64,000 bases of DNA from positions 1,248,001 through 1,312,000 of the forward strand of contig CAWIIQ010000001.1 of the NCBI GenBank assembly GCA_963836185.1, in the 5' to 3' direction. Every line of letters begins with the position of its first letter. The stretch's first letter is position 1. Origin of the DNA: Candidatus Krumholzibacteriia bacterium. GTDB lineage: Bacteria; Krumholzibacteriota; Krumholzibacteriia; Krumholzibacteriales; Krumholzibacteriaceae. The notes below the pieces were generated by a model. It was not told the DNA's origin and made no database searches. It saw nothing but the letters and a program-made list of their open reading frames with translations. The translations under genes were made by a program, and so were the position numbers. This document shows, one piece after another, positions 20,861 to 32,384 of this stretch.

Positions 20861-22597
20861 ATGCGCTTAAACAACAGGCTCGCAACGGGATTGATCATAC
20901 TTGCCGCCATGACGCTGCCGGCAGCGTCTCAGACTCCGGGATCTGAGGCAGGCCGGGCTGAGTGCGGCAGGTCCCTGGCCCGGATGATACCGGAGATGGA
21001 AGCTGACGATATCGTCGCAGTATGGATATATTTAGCCGCGCCGCCGGATGACGACGCGGCTTCTTCACGCAGGGCAGGCGAAAGGATCAGGCTTCGCGTG
21101 GCGAAAGAAAATGATCCTGCTGCACTGCGGCCTCCCTCGAGGGATGTCACAGACAGGATCAGGCCCTTTGTCGAATGCGTCAGGAACAGGTCTTCATACT
21201 TCAACGCCATCAGCGCGGATGTAAAGATAGAGGCCATACCAGTTCTTCTTTCAATGCCTGATGTCAGGAAGGTCGACGCCGTAAGGAAGTACAGGAGAGC
21301 CAGGGTCCCAGAGCCTTCGGCAGTGGAAAATGCTCCCCGGAAAACATCCTCCTCGCAGCAGATCGGAATATACGGGGAAAGTTTCAACCAGCTCTACATG
21401 ATCGAGGCGATCGATCTCCTCGAGATGGGTTTCAACGGATCGGGAGATTCCAGCTCCGCCGGTCAGATAATGATCGGGATCCTCGACACGGGTTTCCTCC
21501 TCGACCATTATGCTTTCGACCGGCTCGAGGTCCATGCCCAGTACGATTTTATAAACGATGATCCCGTTACAGAGAATGAACCGGGGGACCACCCCGACCA
21601 GGACAGGCACGGTACCCTCGTGCTCGGGACGATCGCCGGATATGCCGAGGGTGGTCTGATCGGGCCCGCATGGGGAGCGTCCTATCTTCTGGCAAAGACT
21701 GAGATCTACGGCGAAGAGATAGAGATAGAGGAGGATAACTGGGTCGCAGGGCTCGAGTGGTGCGACAGCATAGGGGCCGACATCGTGACGAGCTCACTGG
21801 GATATATCAGCTGGTACGATCCGGATTACGATCTGGACGGGGAAACGGCCCTCTGCACGAGGGCTGCGAACAGGGCAGCTTCAAGGGGGATCGTAGTCTG
21901 CAACGCCGTCGGTAATTACGGATGGAACGGGCCGACTTCGCTTATAGCGCCGTCAGACGCTGACAGTGTGATCACAGTCGGCGGCGTCTATGATAACGGG
22001 AGCCTGTGGCCGTCGAGCTCAAGGGGCCCGACATCAGACGGGAGAATAAAGCCGGACTTGATGGCCCAGGCCGTAGCCGTTCAGACTGTAGCCTGGCCTT
22101 TCGATTACGGGTACGGGAAGTACAGCGGCACATCGTTCGCGACCCCCCTCATCGCGGGGCTCTGCGCGCAGCTTCTCGAGGTTCATCCCGGCTGGACGCC
22201 GATGCAGCTGAAGGATTCACTGCGCGTCCATGCTACAGGCAGCGATTCACCGGATAACAGCTTCGGGTGGGGTATAGTGCAGGGCCTAGCATCGGCAGGA
22301 TTTTCATCAGGCGTTTCGACTGACGTATCATTCTCTAACGGTTATCCGAATCCGTTCGATGACGCGATCGTGTTTGACCTTTACTCAGGGAGATGGACTT
22401 ACGTGACGGCGCGGGTCTACGATATCTCCGGCCGTCATGTCAGGACACTTCTCTTCGAGGAGCCCCTTCTTTTCGGAGCGAAGGCCGAATGGGACGGCAG
22501 CAACGATGGCGGAAGACAGGTAGCGAGCGGGATCTATTTCGTCGAGTTCATATCACCGCAGGTGAAAAGGGTGATCAAGATCGTCAGGATCAGGTAA
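20861..22597 (+). CDS. Secreted S8 subtilisin-like serine protease with FlgD/T9SS-like CTD
   Basis: Catalytic triad motifs ILDTG, HGT and GTSFATP; RIKPD; C-terminal YPNPF...YDISGRHVRTL...WDG...ASGIYF. Confidence 0.93.
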   Translation: MRLNNRLATGLIILAAMTLPAASQTPGSEAGRAECGRSLARMIPEMEADDIVAVWIYLAAPPDDDAASSRRAGERIRLRVAKENDPAALRPPSRDVTDRIRPFVECVRNRSSYFNAISADVKIEAIPVLLSMPDVRKVDAVRKYRRARVPEPSAVENAPRKTSSSQQIGIYGESFNQLYMIEAIDLLEMGFNGSGDSSSAGQIMIGILDTGFLLDHYAFDRLEVHAQYDFINDDPVTENEPGDHPDQDRHGTLVLGTIAGYAEGGLIGPAWGASYLLAKTEIYGEEIEIEEDNWVAGLEWCDSIGADIVTSSLGYISWYDPDYDLDGETALCTRAANRAASRGIVVCNAVGNYGWNGPTSLIAPSDADSVITVGGVYDNGSLWPSSSRGPTSDGRIKPDLMAQAVAVQTVAWPFDYGYGKYSGTSFATPLIAGLCAQLLEVHPGWTPMQLKDSLRVHATGSDSPDNSFGWGIVQGLASAGFSSGVSTDVSFSNGYPNPFDDAIVFDLYSGRWTYVTARVYDISGRHVRTLLFEEPLLFGAKAEWDGSNDGGRQVASGIYFVEFISPQVKRVIKIVRIR

Positions 22598-22616
22598 TGC
22601 CCGACTGCTTTTAATC

Positions 22617-22645
22617 TTGAAAATCCGGGTTCTATCGGATAAATT
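22617..22645 (+). promoter_or_regulatory. Possible sigma70 promoter for ppdK
   Basis: TTGAAA-17 bp-TAAATT in an AT-rich intergenic region. Confidence 0.45.
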
Positions 22646-22739
22646 CCGAAAAGACAGCAAGGAATGATTGTTGATTCGTAATGTATTGATATCGTTATAG
22701 ATATAGAAACGTTGCTGTATCGGCAACAGGAGGTCTCTC

Positions 22740-25475
22740 TTGACTGACAAGAATGTATATTTTTTCGGAGGCAAGGAAGCCGACGGCAATGCCGGATTGC
22801 GTGATCTGCTCGGTGGTAAAGGGGCCAATCTCGCCGAGATGGCCAGCACGGGAATTCCCGTGCCTGCCGGATTTACCATCTCCACGGAGGTCTGCACCTC
22901 GTTCTACAGGAACGGGGGAAAATATCCGGAAGGCCTCGAGGCTGCCGTAGAATCGGCGATCGAGAAGGTCGAAAAGACGATGGGAGCAAAATTCGGCGAT
23001 CCGGCCGATCCGCTCCTTCTTTCCGTGCGTTCAGGCGCCCGCGTGAGTATGCCGGGGATGATGGATACCGTCCTCAACCTCGGACTGAACCTGGAGACGG
23101 TCGAAGGGCTGGCCCGCAAGAGCGGAGACGACCGGTTCGCCTGGGACTGCTTCAGACGATTTGTCCAGATGTACGGCGACGTGGTCCTCGATATGAAGCC
23201 GGTCGGAAAGGACGCGAGGGATCCATTCGAAGAGATCCTGCATTCGAAGAAAGCAGAGGTCGGGGCCAGTCTCGATATGGATCTCGGGGTGGATGACCTA
23301 AAGGACCTGGTCGATCTGTACAAGGCGAAGATAGCCGAGGATACCGGCCTGGAGTTCCCGGAGGACCCGCGCGAGCAGTTGTGGAACGCGATCGGAGCGG
23401 TCTTCAACTCGTGGAACAATGACCGGGCGAACACATACAGGCGGATCAACGGGATCCCTGACGACTGGGGGACAGCGGTCAACGTCCAGTCGATGGTATA
23501 CGGCAATCTTGGCGACGATTCGGGAACCGGTGTCGCGTTCACGAGGAATCCCGCCACCGGAGAGAATCTCTTCTACGGCGAATATCTCATGAAGGCCCAG
23601 GGTGAGGATGTCGTCGCAGGGATCAGGACACCTCAACCTATCAACAATTCGCAGAAGGGCGAAGTCGAGGCCGAGTCTCTCGAAGAAGAGATGCCGGATA
23701 TGTACGCAGAACTCGAAGCGATACGGCTGAAACTCGAGGAACATTACAGGGACATGCAGGATCTCGAGTTTACGATCCAGAACGGAAAGCTCTGGATACT
23801 CCAGACGAGGGCGGGCAAGCGGACAGGATTCGCCGCGATAAAGATAGCGATCGATATGGTCCGCGAGGGCCTCATATCGAAGGAAGAGGCTATCCGGCGG
23901 ATAGATCCCGAGCAGCTCAACCAGTTTCTCCGGCCGGTTTTCGATCCGGAACAGAAGAGGAAGGCCTCGGAAGAGGGCAGGTTGATGGCGAAAGGTATCA
24001 ATGCAGGCCCCGGCGCCGCTACGGGGAAGGTCGTATTCAACGCGGAAGATGCCGAGCAGTGGGCCGCTGACGGAGAAGAGGTCATCCTCGTAAGGATAGA
24101 GACGAGCCCCGAGGATATCAGGGGTATGGATGCCGCGTCCGGCATCCTAACCTCGGCGGGTGGAGCGACTTCTCACGCGGCGCTCGTAGCCAGGCAGATG
24201 GGAAAGGTCTGTGTCGTGGGGGCGAAGGAGATATCGATCGATTACAGTGAGAGGAAGCTCGTGTCAGGCGGCATGACCCTCTCTGAAGGTGACTTTATAT
24301 CGATAGACGGCTCGACCGGAGAGGTCATCTCCGGAATGATAGAGACGAAACCATCCGAGATCATACAGGTCCTGATAGACAAGACGCTCGATGGGGATGA
24401 TTCGGTTGTATACCGCGACTACGAGGAACTGATGGGCTGGGCCGACAGCCTTCGGACGATGCGGGTAAGGGCGAATGCCGATCGTCCCGATCAGGCCGCC
24501 GCTGCCGTCGCGTTCGGCGGCGAAGGGATCGGTCTATGCAGGACGGAGCACATGTTCTTCGAGGGGGAGAGGATCGACTGGGTAAGACGCATGATTCTTG
24601 CCGATGACGAGTCGGGGAGGAAAGAGGCGCTGGCGAAACTCCTTCCGATGCAGAGAGAGGATTTTTACGGAATATTCAAGGCTATGGGAGGGCGGCCGGT
24701 CACTGTGCGTACTCTCGATCCGCCGCTCCACGAGTTTCTTCCACACGAAGCTGATGAGATCGCTGAGCTCGCCGGCAAGATGGGCGTCGATGCGGGAGCT
24801 CTTGCCGACAAGGTCGTATCACTGAAAGAGGCCAATCCGATGCTGGGGCACAGGGGATGCAGGCTCGGTATAGTATATCCGGAGATAACGGAGATGCAGG
24901 TCAGGGCCATAATCGAGGCAGCCTGCGACCTGGCAGCAGAAGGCGGCGAAGTGAATCCGGAGATAATGATCCCCCTTGTGGGCAGCGCCAGGGAGTTCGA
25001 ACTTCAGGAGGAAGTAGTCAGACTCGTGGCGGCGGAGGTCATGAAGGATCGCGGTGTAGAAGTCGACTATCTCGTCGGCACGATGATCGAGATCCCGAGG
25101 GCCGCCCTGACAGCTGACGCGATCGCCGCCAAGGCAGAGTTTTTCTCGTTCGGCACGAACGATCTGACCCAGACGACATTGGGGATCAGCAGGGACGATG
25201 CGGGCAAGTTTATAGCCGACTATGTAGAAAAGGGAGTATGGCCTGCCGATCCGTTCCAGAAGCTCGATCAGGAAGGTGTGGGGACACTGATCAAGATCGG
25301 CGTGGAACTGGGGAGGGGAGCAAGGGAAGGACTCAAGGTCGGTATCTGTGGTGAGCATGGTGGAGAACCATCGTCGATCGGGTTCTGTCAGAAGACAGGT
25401 TTCGATTACGTGAGCTGTTCGCCGTTCAGGATCCCGGTAGCGATCCTCGCTGCGGCGCAGTCTGCACTGGAATAA
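22740..25475 (+). CDS. ppdK: Pyruvate, phosphate dikinase
   Basis: [43 protein letters not shown] (phospho-His), [29 protein letters not shown]. Confidence 0.98.
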   Translation: MTDKNVYFFGGKEADGNAGLRDLLGGKGANLAEMASTGIPVPAGFTISTEVCTSFYRNGGKYPEGLEAAVESAIEKVEKTMGAKFGDPADPLLLSVRSGARVSMPGMMDTVLNLGLNLETVEGLARKSGDDRFAWDCFRRFVQMYGDVVLDMKPVGKDARDPFEEILHSKKAEVGASLDMDLGVDDLKDLVDLYKAKIAEDTGLEFPEDPREQLWNAIGAVFNSWNNDRANTYRRINGIPDDWGTAVNVQSMVYGNLGDDSGTGVAFTRNPATGENLFYGEYLMKAQGEDVVAGIRTPQPINNSQKGEVEAESLEEEMPDMYAELEAIRLKLEEHYRDMQDLEFTIQNGKLWILQTRAGKRTGFAAIKIAIDMVREGLISKEEAIRRIDPEQLNQFLRPVFDPEQKRKASEEGRLMAKGINAGPGAATGKVVFNAEDAEQWAADGEEVILVRIETSPEDIRGMDAASGILTSAGGATSHAALVARQMGKVCVVGAKEISIDYSERKLVSGGMTLSEGDFISIDGSTGEVISGMIETKPSEIIQVLIDKTLDGDDSVVYRDYEELMGWADSLRTMRVRANADRPDQAAAAVAFGGEGIGLCRTEHMFFEGERIDWVRRMILADDESGRKEALAKLLPMQREDFYGIFKAMGGRPVTVRTLDPPLHEFLPHEADEIAELAGKMGVDAGALADKVVSLKEANPMLGHRGCRLGIVYPEITEMQVRAIIEAACDLAAEGGEVNPEIMIPLVGSAREFELQEEVVRLVAAEVMKDRGVEVDYLVGTMIEIPRAALTADAIAAKAEFFSFGTNDLTQTTLGISRDDAGKFIADYVEKGVWPADPFQKLDQEGVGTLIKIGVELGRGAREGLKVGICGEHGGEPSSIGFCQKTGFDYVSCSPFRIPVAILAAAQSALE

Positions 25476-25486
25476 CCCGAAGAAGG

Positions 25487-26294
25487 GTGGGGGCGTATCG
25501 AAAGCGGCGACAGGGGAAGCAGGACGCCTGACTGCGTCAGCAGTCTCAGAAGATCTATCCTCGGTTTTCTCGCAGTGGCTGTCGTGGTCCTGGCCGTGTG
25601 TTGCGGGACTCTGGCCGCGACTCGTTCGGTGTGGCTTGCCGTCGATCTTGTCCTGTGGACCATTCCGGTGATCGGCGCGTTCACGATATTCTCACTCAGG
25701 AACATGAAGTTATTTCGAAGGCCGGACGGGAGGGAGGTCTGCCGTTTTGAAGCGGCAAACGCTCTTACCGCTGTGAGGATCTTCCTTGTGCCTCCTGTCC
25801 TGGTCCTCCTGAATCACGGATATATGATGCAGGGAGCGATCCTGTGGCTGATCGCTGAACTGACCGATGTTGCTGACGGTTTCGTCGCGCGCAGGTTCAG
25901 GCAGGAGACTGATTTCGGCCTCATGCTCGATCCTGTCGGCGATATCATGGCCACGATATCGGTCTTTACATGGCTGTTTGTCAGTGGCATGGTCCCGTCC
26001 TGGCTCTTCGCCCTGCTCGTCGCGCGATACGTGCAGTTCTTTGCCGGCCTCGCGATACTTTCTCTCACACGAAGACTTCCCAAGCTTCATGCCACTACTG
26101 CCGGCAAGGCCGCGGGAGTGGTTCAGGGCGCGATAATAATGTTTATTCTGCTCCGGACCGCCCTCGGCGATCCGGAGAGGCTTACTTCGTACGATCATAT
26201 ACTTTTCCCGGTTCTGGGAGCCGCGTTCCTTTCCGTCATCGTTTCGCAGACAGCTATCGGTCTGAGGGCGGTAAGGAACCACGATGCTTCCTGA
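25487..26294 (+). CDS. CDP-alcohol phosphatidyltransferase family protein
   Basis: ANALTAVRI, TDVADGFVAR and GLMLDPVGD motifs. Start uncertain: GTG 25487 with an extra G in a homopolymer, or GTG 25575. Confidence 0.85.
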
Positions 26295-26307
26295 CAGGAG
26301 GTAGGAG

Positions 26308-26799
26308 ATGGACCTCGGCGGCGACCTTGCGGTTATGGATCCCTCGATGATATTTCAGGTGACCGGCATTTGCGGCCTGACCGGCAAGATGAAATTCATA
26401 ACGATAGACAACGTGGCCAGTTTCTGGTTCAGGGAAGGCGGACTTCTATTTGCGACTATCGATACGGGAAAGAGAAAGATCGGCGAATTCCTCACGGACA
26501 GCGACTTCATAACGGAAGAGCAGCTCGATGAGGCTCTCGAGGAGATGCGTAAGAAGAAGGGGAAGAAGAGGATCGGCAATATCCTCATCGACCGCGGATA
26601 TCTCGATTACGAGACTCTCGAGAAGGCTATACACGAGCAGATAAAGGAAGTCGTATACGAGGTCCTGCCCTGGAAGAAGGGGCAGTTCGTATTTTTCGCC
26701 GACGTCGAGCCTGAGCACGAGGACATACTGCTCGATATAAGGATGGATCACCTGATACTCGAGGGCCTGAAGCGCATAGACGAAGCAGCCAGGGATTGA
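26308..26799 (+). CDS. DUF4388 domain protein with MshEN-like segment
   Basis: LGGDL...IFQ...TGKM...WFREG N-terminus; KIGEFL and RIGNILIDRGYL repeats; WKKGQFVF...LILEGLKRIDE. Confidence 0.85.
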   Translation: MDLGGDLAVMDPSMIFQVTGICGLTGKMKFITIDNVASFWFREGGLLFATIDTGKRKIGEFLTDSDFITEEQLDEALEEMRKKKGKKRIGNILIDRGYLDYETLEKAIHEQIKEVVYEVLPWKKGQFVFFADVEPEHEDILLDIRMDHLILEGLKRIDEAARD

Positions 26800-27734
26800 C
26801 AGTGTTTCCAACGATTCCGCAGAGGCAGAGAACACTCAAGCGGTTGATGATCGCCGCCGCCGTTATCCCCATCCTCTCTGGCGCAGCTTCCGGCGAAAAA
26901 CCGGAGCAGTTCGACGGAACGGTATCATCTACGAGATCGATGGCCTTGGGCGGGGCATTCTCCCCTCTGGCCGACGATATTTCGGCGCTCATGATCAACC
27001 CTGCCGGACTGATCAACACGGGCGGTATCGCGTTATACGGCGATTATATGGAGACGGGTGGTGAGTCTGGGCCATGGGAGGGAAAGGTCTTCGGCGGTTT
27101 CGAGAAATGGGGGATCGTCTTCGCCGGTGCCGGTTCACAGAAGAGTTATGACGACGGGGTTAAGGAGGGCCAGCTCTCGGCAGGATTCGCGATCAACGTG
27201 ATGTCCGGCTCGGTCGGTTCGTTCATATCGATAGGCGGGGCGTTGAGGGCGGGGCGAGTCTCGTTCGATCTCGATGACGGATGCGTGCCATGCGGCACTT
27301 CACCAGGCCGGTACTCGTACAACGCGCTGACAGCGGACCTCGGCATGATGATAAGGCCCCTGCCGTTCATATCGCTCTCTCTATCAACAGAAAACATATC
27401 TGAGACCGGGTTCGGTTCGGGGGAGTACTACATCCCGTGGGAAAGGACCGTGAGATACGGTGCGGCCTGGCTTCACGAGGACAGGTTCACTGTCTCGTGG
27501 GAAAGCAGGCACATCGGTGACCAGGTGACGAATCATTTCGGGTTCGGCCTGCGGACGGCCCTGCCCCTCGAGATCATGGCGGGCATCACCGATGAACGTA
27601 TCTACGGCGGAGCGAGGTGGGACGGGGGTAGATGGAGGGCCTCAGTGGTCTTCGGCCAGGAGGCGGAGAACGTCATCACTGCCGGCGCATCGGTCGAGAT
27701 ATTCTTCAACAGGCCGGCGAGGATCTATCAGTGA
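26796..27734 (+). CDS. PorV/PorQ-like outer-membrane beta-barrel protein
   Basis: Signal peptide, RSMALGGAF..LADDISALMINPAGL motif and amphipathic strands. Confidence 0.7.
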   Translation: MTVFPTIPQRQRTLKRLMIAAAVIPILSGAASGEKPEQFDGTVSSTRSMALGGAFSPLADDISALMINPAGLINTGGIALYGDYMETGGESGPWEGKVFGGFEKWGIVFAGAGSQKSYDDGVKEGQLSAGFAINVMSGSVGSFISIGGALRAGRVSFDLDDGCVPCGTSPGRYSYNALTADLGMMIRPLPFISLSLSTENISETGFGSGEYYIPWERTVRYGAAWLHEDRFTVSWESRHIGDQVTNHFGFGLRTALPLEIMAGITDERIYGGARWDGGRWRASVVFGQEAENVITAGASVEIFFNRPARIYQ

Positions 27735-27740
27735 AGCCGG

Positions 27741-29278
27741 ATGAGCCGCATAATACTTTCTTCCAGTGATGATCCTTGCACTGTTGCTATGCGGCGGTGC
27801 CGGCGCTATGCGAGGTGAACGCTGAAGCATGCGAGCCGGATTCCTCAGACAGCTACAGGTGGGGAGGGGTCTACACGGAGCCTGATCGGGCTGAGGGAAG
27901 AGGATACTGATTTTCCCATGGAACGATCCAGCAGTCTATATCGTCCCTGACCGACCGGGTATCCCTGATGTTCGAGGCGGATTTCGCGGAATATTTCAAT
28001 ATCTTCGTGAAGGGGACTACGGGTTACTGGAAGCTAGGGACGGGATATCTACTCGAGCCGGTTTTTCATAGACCAGGGTCATATCTCCGCTACATGGCGC
28101 GAACGCGCTGACGGGGAAGCTCTTCCTCAGGGAGCGGGTGTTCCGCAACCGGAACAGGCTGATGTTTCTCGTCTCGAACGACTCGCAACTGATCTCGGGG
28201 AGAGGCGAGGGATTTGATGTCGCGGCTCTGACTGCCGGCCCCGTTCTTCTGACATATACCGGCGCAGTCTTCAGGAATCCATGGCGAACAGAAGGCAGAA
28301 CTTCGGCCTGCCGCCGTGCCAGTCTGGAAGGTGATTATCTCAGCCTCTTCGAGGGAGGGATACAGCGGCCCTCATGGCACGCCGGGCTGACGCTCGCCGA
28401 CATGTGGTCGGACCGGTCTACTTAGAGCGATGACTCGGTGCTGTACGGGATCGACGGCGGGATTCGATCTGGCCGGAGGCAGTGTCAACCTGGAGTTCGC
28501 GAGGTCGGCGTACAGCATGGGATGACTTCGAGAATGGCCTGCTCGGCCTCGACCTCGACGCGATGGAATGGGGCAGTTTCAGCGCGGGGCTTCCTTCCGA
28601 CGGCGCGCTGGCCGCGGAATGGACCGGGATTCGCTTGGAACACGGAAGGGAAGGGAAGGTTCGGGCTCACTCCCGGATACCGCTATTCCGGAGATGAATT
28701 CATCGACCATATCGGAGAGGTATCATCCGGATATGTTGAGAGCTATCTCGAGACATGGTGGAAACACGCGAAACTCGCCACTGCTAGTTACCCTGAAGGC
28801 GGCTGACAGGTACGATTATGAGACGGGAAAGGGTGGCGGTGTCCTCGAGACTTCCCTCTGGACGAGATTCAGAGGGGGGCTCGAGACAACGGCGAGGGCT
28901 TTCTTCGCCGAGGGGAGCCGGCCCGTAGTGATACTCTCCACAGTCGATGATAACAGCCTTACGAGGCTGCTTACAACCGCGAGGATCGACGATACGGGAG
29001 GGGAGAGTGAGTTCTCGTTCCTGACCGAAGCCGGCATCAATCTCGGAAGAAGATGGACTCTGGGAGGCTCTGTTTATCTCGAGCGGTCTGTATCAGGATT
29101 CTATTCTGCCGATATCGAGATGCAGAGGCCGGGAAGAGGTTCGTGTTCAGGGCATCGGCTGGTACGTACATCCCCGGATATGACCTTTGCCGGGCTGAAT
29201 TACGATCCTGCTCTACAGGAGACGATCAGGGACAGGACGATCTCATTCTATACGAGGATATCACTTGGAGGGATATAG
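27741..29278 (+). CDS. Probable outer-membrane beta-barrel protein (several frameshifts)
   Basis: Hydrophobic signal-like sequence after ATG 27741; alternating aromatic/Gly strands across ORF fragments 28138, 28438, 28482 and 28568; ends FYTRISLGGI. Confidence 0.5.
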
Positions 29279-29281
29279 AAG

Positions 29282-31224
29282 GTGAACCGTTTCGAATCAG
29301 CAATAATCTTCCTAATCTGCGCGGCGGCGATATCGCTCGTTGTGCCGGCAAAATCGTATGCCTCGATAGAGGTCGACGAGGAAGAGGTCGTCTTCAGGCT
29401 CGTGGATCCGGGCGCGGCAAAGGTGTTCCTGGCCGGCGATTTCAATAACTGGAACCCGACGATGGACAGCATGGTCAAGCGTGGAGGGGGCTGGGAGGTC
29501 AGGCTCTATCTCGTTCCTGGCAGATACAGGTACGTCTTCGTAGTCGACGGGAAGCAGATACCGGACCCGGACAATCCGAACAGGGACGCGGAGGGTAATA
29601 CCTTCTTCATATTCGTCGAGGAAGACGGCGTCTACGATATCATATTCGAGGTCACCGAGACGGGTGAGAGGAAGATCGAAGAGATATACACACCGTACGG
29701 GGCCCTGACAGCGACCGCTGTGGAGGACTACGGCCTCTTTACGGCTTCTGCCGGGGTCGATGGCGAGATCGACGGTTCCCTCGAGGGAACATCCTCATCG
29801 GGGCGGAATACGAGACGACGGCAGAAGATCCGATGAATGCATATCTCGTCAGGGCGAAAGGGGAGTGGGTGACAGACAGGTTCAGTGTCGGCGCTTTCCA
29901 CAGGTCAGGCAGGGTCGGATTCGACGATCCCCTGTCACTGTTTACCGATGTCGGGCCATATGCCTATCCCCTCGATCTATTCTGCAGGGGTGCCGAAGTA
30001 GCAGCAGGATGGAAGAACTCGGTCGAGGGCCGCGTCTTCTTCGCCAACAGGATCGACAGGCCCTGGGTTGGGACCGATTACCTGCCGGAATCAGGGCGTA
30101 GATTCGTGACCGACAAGGACATGATAGGAGGATCGCTTACAGGAAGATTCGGATCGTTCAGGCTGGAATATTTGTACAGGCATGACAGAGGCCCCGAAAA
30201 CGAATGGTCGGCCGGGGACTCAGTCTGGACAATGATAAGTGGATACGAATCGAGGACCTCTCACGGCCTTCTGCTCGAGATAGAGAAGAAGGACTGGCCG
30301 GTCCTGACGGCCCAGTACCTTACCGGCCTGACCCAGCTCATTGCGAACTCGATATATTCCCCTCAGGTGGAGGCCTCGGGCACAGACCTTTCAGAGTATG
30401 ATCTGGACTGGGAGGAAGGATACAGGGCCCTCGCCGGGATATCCTGGCCAAAGGGATCTTTCCTGACGCTCCTGAAGTGGCACCGGACGACGATCGAACG
30501 GAACGCCGAAGTGTACGATCGTATGATAGACTGGGAAGATGCCAGGATGGATTTATACGAAGCCGGAGTGAGTTACTGCACAGAGAGGATCACGCTAGAC
30601 TTCAATATTGATTTCCTGGATTTCAGCGGATCCGGAGGGACGGGAGGGACCTTCTGGATGAATAACTCCAATTTCTGGCTCGATGGAGATATGCTGCGGA
30701 CAGAACTTTTCCAGTTCATCGAGTCTGAGAGGATGTGGAGGGCGACACTGGATGTAGAAGAGGGCGGAGTGGAGGATATCCCCGGGCCTTACCGCCTGGA
30801 GGGATATCTTCTGGCGAAGGTAAACTGGGACGGGTATGAGGATAGAAGCATGTTCGAGATATCGGGAGGAAAGGGTATCCGCGCCGGCTCGTATCTGTCT
30901 CTCCACGCGGACCTCAGGTACGTATCATATAATAGACGATCGCTGGACCGGCGAGAGCAGTTTCTTCGATTTCTGGGCCGGGCTTCGAGGGAACCTCGGA
31001 GGTTCGGGATGGGCCGCACTCGGAGTCGGTATTGCACCGCACAGGTTCGACAGGTGGTACTTCGATTTCACTGGAGACGGGAGGGAGCGTTATCTTCTTG
31101 ATCCGGCACTGGTCTACAGCAACTATAATAGGGGAGAGCACAGTCTGCTCGAAATGCTGAGAGAGCTGAGAAAGCCCTCTCCGAAGAGTGGAGATTGAGC
31201 TTTGAGGGTGGTTTTTCCTTCTGA
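29282..31224 (+). CDS. CBM48/AMPK-type glycogen-binding domain fused to probable outer-membrane barrel (three or more frameshifts)
   Basis: Signal peptide; VFLAGDFNNWNP...WEVRLYLVPGRYRYVFVVDG...DPDNP; the final frame ends EWRLSFEGGFSF* (C-terminal Phe beta-signal). Confidence 0.7.
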
Positions 31225-31230
31225 TAGAAT
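31202..31230 (+). promoter_or_regulatory. Possible sigma70 promoter for the CBM48 lipoproteins
   Basis: TTGAGG-17 bp-TAGAAT with a TG extension. Confidence 0.4.
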
Positions 31231-31248
31231 CAATTTTTCGGAGGATCG

Positions 31249-31641
31249 ATGAAAGTATCTGTTATATTGAGAGTGGCTGTCATGGGCGCCGCGCTGCTTC
31301 TTGCGGTCGGCTCGTGCAGATATATAGATAAGGCTGTCGAATCTCCCGTGCTGAAAGAGGGAGAGATCCTGTTCAGTTATCCGTCCCACTCGGCGAAGAC
31401 GATACAGGTCGCCGGCGACTGGAACAACTGGGGTGAAGGGGATGCTGCGCAGGGCGAGGTCCTCGTCGGCCTGATGGAGAAGGACGAAAAAGGAGTCTGG
31501 AACCTGGCGCAGCAGCTGCCGCCGGGCAGGTACCGTTACTACTTTCTGGTGAACGAGACTCAGAGGATACTCGACCCCGCCAATCCGAGAGTCGCGGACG
31601 ATCCATGGGGAGGGAAGGCAAATCTGCTGATTGTGCCGTAA
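31249..31641 (+). CDS. Lipoprotein with CBM48/AMPK-type glycogen-binding domain
   Basis: Lipobox VGSC; VAGDWNNW...GVW...LPPGRYRYYFLVN...DPANP. Confidence 0.85.
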   Translation: MKVSVILRVAVMGAALLLAVGSCRYIDKAVESPVLKEGEILFSYPSHSAKTIQVAGDWNNWGEGDAAQGEVLVGLMEKDEKGVWNLAQQLPPGRYRYYFLVNETQRILDPANPRVADDPWGGKANLLIVP

Positions 31642-31643
31642 TC

Positions 31644-32030
31644 ATGAGAAGATACAGAATGATCGTGATCCTGGTCCTCGCCGCGGCGGCGCTCTGGTCC
31701 GCCGGGTGCGGGGTGTCCGGAGGGAAGCCCGGAAGCGTGGAGCCATCGGCGGGCCCCCAGATCACTCCTGAAGGAGTGAGGTTCTCCCTGTATTCCACTA
31801 AGATCAAGAAGATCAACATAGCCGGATCCTTCAATAACTGGTCGATGACCGCCGACCCCCTGTACGATCGTGAAGGTTCGGGGATGTGGACGATAGTACT
31901 TCCGCTTCCTCCTGGAAAATACGAGTACAAGTTCATCATCGACGGCGATGAATGGATACCCGACCCGGCAAATCCGACGACGACCGATGACGGATTCGGT
32001 GGCTACAACTCCGTCATATCGGTGGAATAG
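31644..32030 (+). CDS. Lipoprotein with CBM48/AMPK-type glycogen-binding domain
   Basis: Lipobox SAGC; IAGSFNNW...W...LPPGKYEYKFIIDGDEWIPDPANP...DGFGGYNSVI. Confidence 0.9.
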   Translation: MRRYRMIVILVLAAAALWSAGCGVSGGKPGSVEPSAGPQITPEGVRFSLYSTKIKKINIAGSFNNWSMTADPLYDREGSGMWTIVLPLPPGKYEYKFIIDGDEWIPDPANPTTTDDGFGGYNSVISVE

Positions 32031-32097
32031 CAGCCGGCCTGATTTCGCCTGAATTCTTAACATCATGTAAATCGGAGGCTTACAGAGTGACAGAATG

Positions 32098-32131
32098 TTG
32101 CAATTTGCCCCGGTTTATGCTAATTTATACT
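32098..32131 (+). promoter_or_regulatory. Possible sigma70 promoter(s)
   Basis: TTGCAA-17 bp-TAATTT with TG extension, and an overlapping TATACT (32126-32131). Confidence 0.45.
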
Positions 32132-32138
32132 GAATCAT

Positions 32139-32317
32139 CTGCTGTATTCTGCGCCGCGGAGCCCGGGCATGGAGAAGAGGCTTCCGTGGCGACGGTGGAT
32201 AATCGGCCTGAAAAAAGCCGATGTATGGGCCGCTTGTGATGAAACATATTGCGGAAACAGCAGTTAGCGAGCCCCAAACATACCCCTGAGCCTGAAAAGG
32301 GCACTGGTCAGGTATGT
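32139..32317 (+). ncRNA. Candidate structured RNA / leader upstream of giant adhesin operon
   Basis: Long-range stem 32139-32152/32251-32263 enclosing hairpins 32152-32191 and 32202-32222; further stem ACATACC/GGTATGT (32278-32317). Confidence 0.4.
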
Positions 32318-32369
32318 CCTCATACGGACTGATAAGCTTCATCTGGGCCGGTTCAAACGGTTCCGAATG

Positions 32370-32384
32370 TGGCATATACCTTGC
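32370..32384 (+). promoter_or_regulatory. Sigma54-type -24/-12 promoter
   Basis: TGGCATATACCTTGC = GG-N10-GC, close to the consensus TGGCAC-N5-TTGC. Confidence 0.6.

Noticed and set aside
25473-25575. Readthrough of the ppdK TAA into the in-frame phosphatidyltransferase
   Set aside because: PpdK ends at its normal C-terminus; a GTG at 25487 with a homopolymer indel explains it more simply.
32200-32300. Glycine riboswitch on the minus strand (two TTTCAGG)
   Set aside because: The GGAGA/CCGAAG elements are missing and no minus-strand gene lies downstream.
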